The notes under the pieces are model-generated. The model worked only from the letters and a program-made list of their open reading frames with translations, did no database searches and was not told where the DNA came from. A program made the translations under genes and the position numbers. Positions 10,201 to 17,085 of a stretch of 26,082 nt of DNA are shown in pieces. This DNA comes from Abditibacteriaceae bacterium (GTDB taxonomy: Bacteria; Armatimonadota; Abditibacteriia; Abditibacteriales; Abditibacteriaceae), in the NCBI GenBank assembly GCA_031425655.1, contig JANPJS010000171.1, positions 1 to 26,082 on the forward strand. Reading direction: 5' to 3'. Every line of letters starts with the position of its first letter. The stretch's first letter is position 1.

Positions 10201-11127
10201 CAGCCGGTCGAACAAATCGAAATGGGTGTCGTAGGCCACGCCTTTCCAATAGAATTTTAGGTCGTCGGGATTTTCGGTTTCATCCACCAGCTTGCACAAA
10301 AAGAGATTCACCAGTTTGTCAAAAGCGTTTTCGCGCCCCGATACGTTGTGTTGGCGTAGGATAGTGGCAAAGACGTGATATTTCTTTTGCCGGTCGGAAT
10401 CGGAAATAGGACGCAGGTCGTTCTTAGTGTATTTGTTTTTTCCGATGTGATAGGCCTGAATGCTCGGCTCGAAGAGGCCGCTTTCGGTGTAAGCAAATTT
10501 ATAGGTTTCGCGCCAGACGTTGAAGCGGGCGCGCACGTCGGCGGCATCGCGGAAGCCTTTTAATTTCTCGTTGTCACGCAGATAGTCGGCGTTATCACGG
10601 TGGACGACGACGTGGCTGACGTAACACAGCGCGCCATCCTCGATAAACGAGGCATACAAGCAAAGAAACTGCGTTTCGCTGATTTGCTGCGCGTAGCTGA
10701 AAAGCTGTCCGCCATCTTGAAGCGTGTCTTTCCAAGCGCGCTCAAATTCGCGTCCGGCGGTTTTACATTCGATAAGCAGTAGTGGCTTGGCCTTCTTGTC
10801 CTTAACCAAAATATCGGCGCGCCCGCCGCTGGCGCCGTGCCCCAGCTTCCATTTCGGCTCCAATTCAATATCCTGCGGATGGTAGCCTTTTTCCAGTAAA
10901 CGATGAACGCATTCAAAAACCACGAAATTTTCCGGCGCGGAAAAATTGCACGTCTGGCGCTCATTAACAGTCAATCCGTTGGCTTCGGGATAAATCAACT
11001 GCTCGTTTGCCACATCCACCGAAAGCCACGTCGCCCCGATGATTTTCGTCCACAAGCCGTCCCCCTGTGTAAAACCGAGGGCCGGTAAGAATTCGAGAAA
11101 GGTGTCTTTGTTAATTGGATTACCCAT
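7300..11127 (-). CDS. Single-chain restriction endonuclease-N6 methyltransferase-specificity fusion (Type IIG/IIB-like, two HsdS-type TRDs)
   Basis: N-terminal PD-(D/E)xK-like GRADILV...LIECK. Methyltransferase motifs GQFFTP, DYACGAGHF (motif I) and NPPF (motif IV). C-terminal two HsdS-like repeats (GGTP...IPWL...ARGTVG; YIRVTDF...IAGTIG...IPLPPLAEQ). Confidence 0.9.
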   Translation of the reverse strand: MGNPINKDTFLEFLPALGFTQGDGLWTKIIGATWLSVDVANEQLIYPEANGLTVNERQTCNFSAPENFVVFECVHRLLEKGYHPQDIELEPKWKLGHGASGGRADILVKDKKAKPLLLIECKTAGREFERAWKDTLQDGGQLFSYAQQISETQFLCLYASFIEDGALCYVSHVVVHRDNADYLRDNEKLKGFRDAADVRARFNVWRETYKFAYTESGLFEPSIQAYHIGKNKYTKNDLRPISDSDRQKKYHVFATILRQHNVSGRENAFDKLVNLFLCKLVDETENPDDLKFYWKGVAYDTHFDLFDRLQLLYKAGMGKFLGEEITYINEKEVTNALRFVRRDPDATQRAVWDLFRRQKFFTNNDFSFIDVHNEKLFYQNATVLLEILQMWQEIKLIGDHQHNQFLGDMFEGFLDQGVKQSEGQFFTPTPICRFLLSSLPLETLVQNSAAPPKAVDYACGAGHFLTELALQIKPLAEKHHPQKDIEDYHAAICGIEKEYRLSKIAKVSAFMYGQPRIKICYGDGLIPSHAMHPEIEDDSFDLLVANPPFSVKGFLETLPEIERAKYALTETINNLDTANSIETFFLERAKQLLKAGGIAAVIFPASLLSNGGGTYIRAREILLQFFDLVAIAELPPGTFGKTNTNTVTLFLRRKATNPDTAQHYKERVAAWFAHDAGQTDYQDEHLIDQYAAHIGLAPADYKTLLTGAPAVALLSHDTFAKYRRTFDNSTDVKNLKKQRSFQAKPAAQQEAELNKKFLAFAQAIERDNLLHFVLATQQPNRVLIVTSPTETKDRRKFLGYEWSGAKGDEGIKPIKDAQGRHLTPLYDETNRDNAEKINAAIASNFKGDLNAIPTALEEYLSLLPLPDLLDFSRDDFEKQIALAAKKSVAVQSKWPLKSVSDIVDIISGGTPDTNNALYWDGDIPWLSVADFSKKVRFVSEAEKSITQVGLDSSSTKLLQPGDIIISARGTVGAMAQLTTPMAFNQSCYGLRAKNSVSNDYLFYVLKREIQQLKSQATGSKFDAITMKTFEEVKLPIADATTQQQIVAECEAIDADAAAAQDSIEKARMQIVEKINASLQSFAAGKSVEIEKVCAVKGGKRVPKGYSLLNTPTDYPYIRVTDFKNKSVGLSGLQYITPEIFAQIKNYVISAEDVYISIAGTIGLVGTVPAELDGKSLTENAAKLVILDKNALHKKFLVECLASEFGQQQIKDKTHQMGVPKLALNRIEAIKIPLPPLAEQEKLVAAIEVWESEIAEAEIRLALVGAQKAAVLQKYL

Positions 11128-11170
11128 GAAGTTCAGTCGCCAACACTAATTTGTTGATGATGTTCCATCC

Positions 11171-11179
11171 ATTTTATCA
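11171..11179 (-). promoter_or_regulatory. Candidate extended -10 promoter of the R-M gene
   Basis: Minus strand TGATAAAAT (TGnTAnnnT), about 44 nt upstream of the start codon. Confidence 0.4.
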
Positions 11180-11246
11180 CGCGCCTAAATTACCCAAGAC
11201 ACAAAACAAACCACTCTGCGGTTATGTAGTGGCAGGATGAAAGCGA

Positions 11247-12323
11247 CTACTTTTTAGCTGTAGGTTGATTTTTCAGACAATCGGCGTCCGGTTCCGCCGG
11301 TTTGCCGACTTCTTCGACGGGATGCGTGAAAAGATAGCGCCAGACAGGTTCAAAGAGGAATTTGCCGGCGGCGTCTTTGGGCGAAGCGCCGCCGGGCGTG
11401 ACCGAAGAGTGCGCGCGATTGGCATCGTTTTTCACATCGGCGGCAGAAATGAGGCGCCGGCTGTTGTCGTAGGGCGGCGCCGTATTATCCACATTCACGA
11501 TGGCGCCGAATTGGTGCAGGCCGAGCAGTTCCCACGAGCGACAGTAGTGATCGCCCGTCCAGCCGCCGTCCAGCACATGACTGAAACCGAAGAAACGATT
11601 GGCGGGCGTTGCGGAAGGCAGTGCCTGCCATGTTTCCTGTTGATCGCGCGGCCCGCAAAACATCACAACACGATCCACGCGCTGATGCTTGGCAAAGCGT
11701 GCCGCCGTCGTCGCGCCGTGCGAAGCGCCCGCCAAAATGACGCGCTCCCAACGCAGTTCCTGCCCGTTTTCGGCCAGAAAATAGTCCCAGCGGCCCTGCG
11801 GATTTTCTTTGGCCAGCCATTTCACGAATTGAAAAGCCCGTTCGCGGATGGCATCGGGCCGGGGAATGTCCACCACGTCGCTGAAATCCTCGCCGGTCGC
11901 CGCTTCGAGGCGAATTTTTCCGAGAAACTTGTCATCGCCGGGCGGCGCCGCGTTGCCGAATTTACCAAACCAGCCATTGGCATAATGCACTTGAATCGCG
12001 TGTAAACCGTAGCTCGACACGCGCTCGAATAACGGCGCGCTGTGTCCCATCAGCCAGATAACGAGCCTGCCGCGCGGCGCCACGCGCGTGTCCACGCAAG
12101 CGTTTTCTATGTCCTGCGGCTTGCCGTCCTTCTCGAAGAGAAAACCAATTTCAGGATGGGCACGCGCCCGTTCATCAATCTGACTGGCGCGGGCCTTGAA
12201 TTCATAGCGGCGCGGCGCCGGATCGTTGAATAGCAGCGGCACCTCGGCAGCATACGCCGGCGCGTGCGCGGTGCATAACAGACCGGCTAAAGCGAAAATA
12301 ATTTGTTCCATTGGGAAGAGCAT
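11247..12323 (-). CDS. Secreted alpha/beta-hydrolase-fold protein (BPSS1187-like)
   Basis: Signal peptide (AYA), GASHG nucleophile elbow, FGFSHVLD and AHSSV motifs. Family name is from recall, not from a search. Confidence 0.65.
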   Translation of the reverse strand: MLFPMEQIIFALAGLLCTAHAPAYAAEVPLLFNDPAPRRYEFKARASQIDERARAHPEIGFLFEKDGKPQDIENACVDTRVAPRGRLVIWLMGHSAPLFERVSSYGLHAIQVHYANGWFGKFGNAAPPGDDKFLGKIRLEAATGEDFSDVVDIPRPDAIRERAFQFVKWLAKENPQGRWDYFLAENGQELRWERVILAGASHGATTAARFAKHQRVDRVVMFCGPRDQQETWQALPSATPANRFFGFSHVLDGGWTGDHYCRSWELLGLHQFGAIVNVDNTAPPYDNSRRLISAADVKNDANRAHSSVTPGGASPKDAAGKFLFEPVWRYLFTHPVEEVGKPAEPDADCLKNQPTAKK

Positions 12324-12332
12324 AGCAACGCG

Positions 12333-13526
12333 CTATTCCTTCGGATAATCGCGCCAGAGCCAGCGCAACGTGTCAGGAAAAATGGCGCGGCCATGCGTGT
12401 GGCTGTGCGCGCCCTGGCCAAAGACGAATTTGTAATCGTAATTCGCATAAGCCAGCGCCAGCGCCATCTGCTGATTGGCGAGGGGCCAGTTGCCGTTGGC
12501 GTTGTCTAAATCGTTGACGCCGTCCTGCAAAAAGACGCGAATCGGTTTGGGCGGCGTTTTGCGAATCAGAGCCTCGTAGTTGTGGCCGCCTTCGCGCATC
12601 GTCGCGCCGTGGGCGATGTTGGTAAAGCTGCCAATCCACGACACGACTTTGGCGAACTGATCGGGCTTTTGCCACGCGACCGTGAAGGCGCAAATGCCGC
12701 CGCTGCTGGCGCCACAAATCGCGCGAGAAGCCGCGTCGTGCTTCAATTTCGTGGTTTTCTCGACTTCGGGCAGGATTTCTTCCAATAAAAAGCGCGCGTA
12801 TTGATCGGAAAGCGTATCGTATTCAAAACTGCGGTTCTTTTTGTCGTTCGGCAAGACGCCGGGATCAATAAAAACGCCGACTGTGACCGGAATTTCGCCC
12901 TTGTGAATCATGTTGTCGAAGACTGTAGGCACCCAGTTTTTGTAGCCGCCGCCATCTTGAAAGACCATCACGCAGGCTGGTTTTGCGTCCGTATATTGCG
13001 CGGGAACGTAAGTCCACCAACTGCGCTCGGTATTGGGGAAAATCGTGCTCTTCCAACGTGGCATTTCCCGAAGGGTGCCTTTGGGCGCGCCCTGTTCAGT
13101 CGCTTCGACGGGCGTTTTATAAACCTCCAAAAAGTAGCCTCCGATGGCTTTGGTTTTATCGTCCATTTCGTAGTGCCATTTCATGCCGGTGCCGTCGGGC
13201 AGCGTTGCCGCCGCCGTCCACACATCGGAGGCGCCGAGTTTGGCTAAGGGCAAGCGCCAATCGCTGGTGCTTGAAACCACGCTGATATTTTGCGCGCCGG
13301 GCACTTCAATGGCCCAGACCACATCGAGTTGGTCAATTTTCGGATTCGGCCCCTTTTTCAAATTTTCCCCTCCGAACCAGCCGCGCAGACGATTGGCAAG
13401 CTGCATCGCGGCCTCGCCCTGCGGTTTGGCAGCTAAGGCCGCCTGCGCGGTTTGGGGCGTTAGAGGCTCCTGCGCGTGCAACGGCGCTATTAAAAGCGCG
13501 GCGGTTAAGCCAATGATTAATTTCAT
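12333..13526 (-). CDS. Secreted enterochelin-esterase-like alpha/beta hydrolase with an N-terminal beta-sandwich domain
   Basis: Signal peptide, YVPAQY, VFQDG, RSFEYDTLSDQYARFL, GASSGG nucleophile, C-terminal GAHSH. Good RBS (AAGGAAAGGA). Confidence 0.85.
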   Translation of the reverse strand: MKLIIGLTAALLIAPLHAQEPLTPQTAQAALAAKPQGEAAMQLANRLRGWFGGENLKKGPNPKIDQLDVVWAIEVPGAQNISVVSSTSDWRLPLAKLGASDVWTAAATLPDGTGMKWHYEMDDKTKAIGGYFLEVYKTPVEATEQGAPKGTLREMPRWKSTIFPNTERSWWTYVPAQYTDAKPACVMVFQDGGGYKNWVPTVFDNMIHKGEIPVTVGVFIDPGVLPNDKKNRSFEYDTLSDQYARFLLEEILPEVEKTTKLKHDAASRAICGASSGGICAFTVAWQKPDQFAKVVSWIGSFTNIAHGATMREGGHNYEALIRKTPPKPIRVFLQDGVNDLDNANGNWPLANQQMALALAYANYDYKFVFGQGAHSHTHGRAIFPDTLRWLWRDYPKE

Positions 13527-13550
13527 TTTGTTTCCTTTCCTTAAACGATC

Positions 13551-13660
13551 AATGGAACACGGGCCTTCGGCACGCGGAAACAGCAGAGATTTTCACAGAT
13601 CAATCCAAAAATCCGTGTGAATCCCTGTCGTTTCCGTGTGCCGAAGGCCCGTGTTCCATT
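13551..13660. repeat. Long palindromic intergenic element, copy 2 (no insertion)
   Basis: AATGGAACACGGGCCTTCGGCACGCGGAAAC ... GTTTCCGTGTGCCGAAGGCCCGTGTTCCATT. Homologous to 5664-5796. Confidence 0.85.
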
Positions 13661-13682
13661 TAAAAGTTCTAAACTGCGCCCC

Positions 13683-14696
13683 ATGAAAAAAGTGCTTTCG
13701 CTGCCGCCGCTCTCGCATATGGAAATGATGTTCGCGCCCGATGTGTGGGCGGCGCTCAAAAGCGAATGCGACGTTGTGGAAAACACCCTTGCGCGCCAGA
13801 AAACCTCGCAGGAATTGCGCGAAACCATCGGCGACTTTGACGCGGTTTTGACCGGATGGGGCAGTCCGCGTTTCACGCGCGAGGTTTTGCAAGCTGCGCC
13901 CAAATTGCAAGTCGTGGCGCACACGGCGGGCACGCCGCGCGCGATTTTCGACGACGACGTGGTAGGCGATATTCTGATTCCGCGCGGCATCGCCGTTTAT
14001 TCAGGCGCGGGCGGCATGGCGCACAACGTGGCCGAAATGACCCTCGGCCTGATGATCATGGCCGCGCGCCGCCTGCCGCAGCACGAGGCGGCGTTTCGCA
14101 GCGACAAAAGAGGCCGCGCCAACTTTCCGCGCAACGAACGCGGCTTAATGGGCGCGACGGTCGGACTGGTTTCGGCGTCGTTAGTTGGTCGTCAGGTGCT
14201 TCGCGTTTTGCAGCCGTTCGGCTGCGAGATTTTGCTTTACGATCCGCTGATTTCAGAAGAGCAGGCACGTCATTTGGGCGCGCAATTGGTGGATTTGGAC
14301 ACGCTGTTTTCACGAAGCGACATCGTCAGCCTGCACGCGCCGAATTTGCCGGCCACGCAGAAAATGATCGGCGCCGCGCAACTGGCAAAACTGCGCGACG
14401 GCGCGATTTTCGTGAACACTTCGCGCGGCTCGGTCGTGGATCACGACGCGCTGCTGGCCGAGTGCAAAAGCGGGCGCATCGCCGCAGCCTTAGACGTGAC
14501 GGAACCGGAGCCTCTGCCGCCCGATAGCGAGTTCTGGCATCTGCCGAACGTGATTCTCACGCCGCACCTCGCCGGACAAGGACAGGCCGGCTTCGAGCGC
14601 ATCGGCGCCGGTGCCTTGCAAGCTCTGCGCGACTGCTTCGCCCAGCGCCCCATCGCCGGCGCCGTGCCGCTGCAACGCTGGGAATTCGTGGCGTGA
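13683..14696 (+). CDS. D-isomer-specific 2-hydroxyacid dehydrogenase
   Basis: TGWGSP, NVAE, DIVSLHAP, NTSRG (Arg), DVTEPEP (Glu) and TPHLAG (His). Start moved to MKKV because 13617 lies inside the palindrome. Confidence 0.9.
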   Translation: MKKVLSLPPLSHMEMMFAPDVWAALKSECDVVENTLARQKTSQELRETIGDFDAVLTGWGSPRFTREVLQAAPKLQVVAHTAGTPRAIFDDDVVGDILIPRGIAVYSGAGGMAHNVAEMTLGLMIMAARRLPQHEAAFRSDKRGRANFPRNERGLMGATVGLVSASLVGRQVLRVLQPFGCEILLYDPLISEEQARHLGAQLVDLDTLFSRSDIVSLHAPNLPATQKMIGAAQLAKLRDGAIFVNTSRGSVVDHDALLAECKSGRIAAALDVTEPEPLPPDSEFWHLPNVILTPHLAGQGQAGFERIGAGALQALRDCFAQRPIAGAVPLQRWEFVA

Positions 14697-15039
14697 ACAG
14701 CGATTTTATCTCTCGCAAAGACGCAAAGACGCCAAGAAAACGTTGAGAATCAACCTTTTTGGCCGCTTCTTTATTCTTTGCGCCTTTGCGTCTTTGCGAG
14801 AGACAATTTTCCCATGCATCTCGAACTCGTCGTCGCACGCTATCAAGTGCAACGCTGGGAATTCGTGGCGTGAACAGCGATTTTATCTCTCGTCCTGCCC
14901 AGAGGGCACCCGACGCAAAGACGCGAAGAAAACGTTGAGAACCAACCTTTTTGGCCGCTTCTTTATTCTTTGCGCCTTTGCGTCTTTGCGAGAGACAATT
15001 TTCCCATGCATCTCGAACTTGTCGTCGCGCGCTATCAAG
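14671..15039 (+). repeat. Tandem duplication (177 nt + 192 nt) of gene end, intergenic palindrome and next gene start
   Basis: Copy 1 is 14671-14847 and copy 2 is 14848-15039. They differ by a few substitutions and the net +15 micro-insertion. Each contains a TCTCTCGCAAAGACGCAAAG...CTTTGCGTCTTTGCGAGAGA palindrome, with the left arm interrupted in copy 2. Confidence 0.92.
14893..14911. mobile_element. 19-nt micro-insertion TCCTGCCCAGAGGGCACCC
   Basis: Present only in copy 2 of the duplication, replacing CAAA (14716-14719 in copy 1). Confidence 0.7.
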
Positions 15040-15671
15040 AAGAATTGAATTGGCTGCGACGCGTGCCGAAAGCGTGGCGCATCACGGTCTACGATAAAAG
15101 CGCGGCGCCGGAGCCGGGCGCTCTTGTTTTGCCCAATATCGGGCGCGAAGCGCACACTTATTTGCATCATATTATTACGCGCTACGATTCGTTAGCTGAG
15201 TTCACGATTTTCTGTCAGGGCAAGCCGTTCGATCACGCCTTCGATTTCCACAAAACGCTGCGTGCTTTCATCGAAAATCCTGCCGAACTGCGCGATTTCA
15301 CACCGTTCGGGCACATTGTAGATACCGACGACGCCAAAGGGCTGCGCCTTTTCGCGCAGTGGAGCAAAAACGAAGACGGGCACCAACTCAATATGCGCGG
15401 CTTTCACCGGGCGCTTTTCGGCGGCGACGGGCCGGACGAATACACTTTTCGCTTGGGCGCCCAATTCGGCGCAACACGAGACTTGATTCACAAGCGTCCG
15501 CGCGAATTTTACGAGCGCGCGTTGCAAATTTCGACCGATTTTCCCGACGCCGCGCACTGTTTCGAGCGCAGTTGGGATTTGGTTTTTGGCGTGGCGAATC
15601 CCGATTCAGAGTGGCTAAACGGCGCGAAAACGGCTTATTTGAAGCCGATTCGCCGGCTGTCGGAAAACTAA
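15006..15671 (+). CDS. DUF3431-like protein
   Basis: LVVARYQEELNW, LPNIGREAHTYLHHIITRYDSL, GAQF and HCFERSW motifs characteristic of DUF3431. Start at MHLELVV. Confidence 0.8.
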   Translation: MHLELVVARYQEELNWLRRVPKAWRITVYDKSAAPEPGALVLPNIGREAHTYLHHIITRYDSLAEFTIFCQGKPFDHAFDFHKTLRAFIENPAELRDFTPFGHIVDTDDAKGLRLFAQWSKNEDGHQLNMRGFHRALFGGDGPDEYTFRLGAQFGATRDLIHKRPREFYERALQISTDFPDAAHCFERSWDLVFGVANPDSEWLNGAKTAYLKPIRRLSEN

Positions 15672-15674
15672 ACC

Positions 15675-16664
15675 ATGCTTCTCACCATCACGCCCAATTT
15701 GTGCATCGAGCGCACCGTTCAAGTGCCGGATTTTGCGCCCGGCGCGGTGCATCGCGTGGCGCCGGAGCAACTGATCGTTAATGCCGGAGGCAAAGGCATC
15801 AACGCGGCGCGCGTGGCGGCGCGGTTGGGCTGCGAATCGCGGGCTTTGACGTGGGTTGGACGGCGCCAAAAAGTGTGGTTCGCAGAGCAATTAGAGCGCG
15901 AAGGTGTGAGGCACGCATTGGTCGAAGTGGAAGCCGATACGCGTGTGTGCCTCAATATTTTGGCGAAAAACGGCGAACGCACGATAAAAACCGAAATCGT
16001 CGAGGCCGGCGCGGCATTGGGCGTGGACGACGGCACGCGAATGCTGGAAAAATACGCCGAACTGCTGCCAAAAGCCGACATGATAGCGATTTGCGGCTCG
16101 TATCCGCCGTCGCTCGATGCCGCGATGGATTCGCATCTGGCGCTGCTGGTGCAAATGGCGCATCGCGCCGGCAAGCGCGTGTTGGTGGACGGCAAAGGCC
16201 GCGCTTTTGAAATCGCGCTGCACTCGAAAACGCCGCCGTGGGCCATCAAACCCAACCTCGAAGAAGCCGCCGCGTTTTTGCGCCGCGACATCGGCACTGC
16301 GCAGGAAGAACGCCGCGCCGTGCGCGATTTACTGCGTTTGGGAATCGAATTTGTGATGCTCTCGTGCGGCGAGCGAGGCGCCTATTTAGGCACGGCGCAG
16401 GGCATAGATTTCGTGCGGGCGCCGCGTGTGCAAGAAGTCTCCCCGGTCGGCAGCGGCGATGCGCTGGTCGGGGCTTTTTGCGCTAAATGGCTGGAAACCG
16501 CCGATTTGCAAACGGCGCTGCGCTGGGGTGTCGCGGCGGGCGCGGCCAACGCCGCCGAGGCCGCATCGGCTTTCATTGGGCCACGCGAAATCGAGCCGCT
16601 GCTGGCCAAAGTCAAAGTCGAAACGGCGGAATTGCGCCTCGTGCCTGCCAACCGCAAAAATTAA
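15675..16664 (+). CDS. PfkB-family sugar kinase (1-phosphofructokinase / tagatose-6-phosphate kinase-like)
   Basis: TITPN, AGGKGINAAR, IKPNLEEA and SPVGSGDA signatures. Confidence 0.9.
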   Translation: MLLTITPNLCIERTVQVPDFAPGAVHRVAPEQLIVNAGGKGINAARVAARLGCESRALTWVGRRQKVWFAEQLEREGVRHALVEVEADTRVCLNILAKNGERTIKTEIVEAGAALGVDDGTRMLEKYAELLPKADMIAICGSYPPSLDAAMDSHLALLVQMAHRAGKRVLVDGKGRAFEIALHSKTPPWAIKPNLEEAAAFLRRDIGTAQEERRAVRDLLRLGIEFVMLSCGERGAYLGTAQGIDFVRAPRVQEVSPVGSGDALVGAFCAKWLETADLQTALRWGVAAGAANAAEAASAFIGPREIEPLLAKVKVETAELRLVPANRKN

Positions 16665-16668
16665 GAAG

Positions 16669-16825
16669 CAGTCTGAAAAGTCTGATTAAGACCATTCAAA
16701 GAAGAGTGTGGTCATCCTGAGCTTGGGAAGGATCTTGGCATAATAGATTCGATCACGCCGAGATCCTTCGCAAGCTCAGGATGACACTCCGCTTACTTTC
16801 GGCGTTGATGCAACTTTTTAAACTG
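16669..16825. repeat. MITE-like palindromic element
   Basis: Inner inverted repeats 16711-16739 and 16757-16785 (GTCATCCTGAGCTTG.GAAGGATCT.GGC, 27/29). Weak outer inverted ends CAGTCTGAAAAGT / ACTTTTTAAACTG (11/13). Confidence 0.7.
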
Positions 16826-17085
16826 ATCCCAAGAGAATTTCATCGTTTTTGCCCCGCGCACATTGGAACTTTTGCCGAGATTGGCACGTCGGTTGGCGCC
16901 TGATAACTGCAGGGTGCCCGTCGAGTTTGTTTTTCTACAAATTTTTGGTGCCTAAACGCACGAAGAATTGCTAAAAACAGTCGTTTAGCATGACGCTGCG
17001 CGGTTAGACTTAAGTGTTCTTTTATCAGCCCTGATTCCGCCCGTTTTCGCGGGCATTTTCTAATTTGCCGGAGCCTTTCCTTTCC

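Noticed and set aside
8251..10260. 669-aa plus-strand ORF
   Set aside because: Antisense shadow of the R-M gene with no recognisable motifs.
14671..15039. Possible CRISPR array, also considered for the 31-bp repeats at 21653 and 22295
   Set aside because: Only two units in each case, no repeat-spacer periodicity and no cas genes.
14611..15048. 145-aa ORF with an internal repeat
   Set aside because: A by-product of the tandem duplication and palindromes, overlapping two real genes.
16882..16897. Sigma-54-like TGGCAC-N5-TTGG
   Set aside because: The conserved -12 GC is replaced by GG.
16912..16919. GGGTGCCC matching one end of the micro-element
   Set aside because: Only 8 nt, which is expected by chance in GC-rich DNA.
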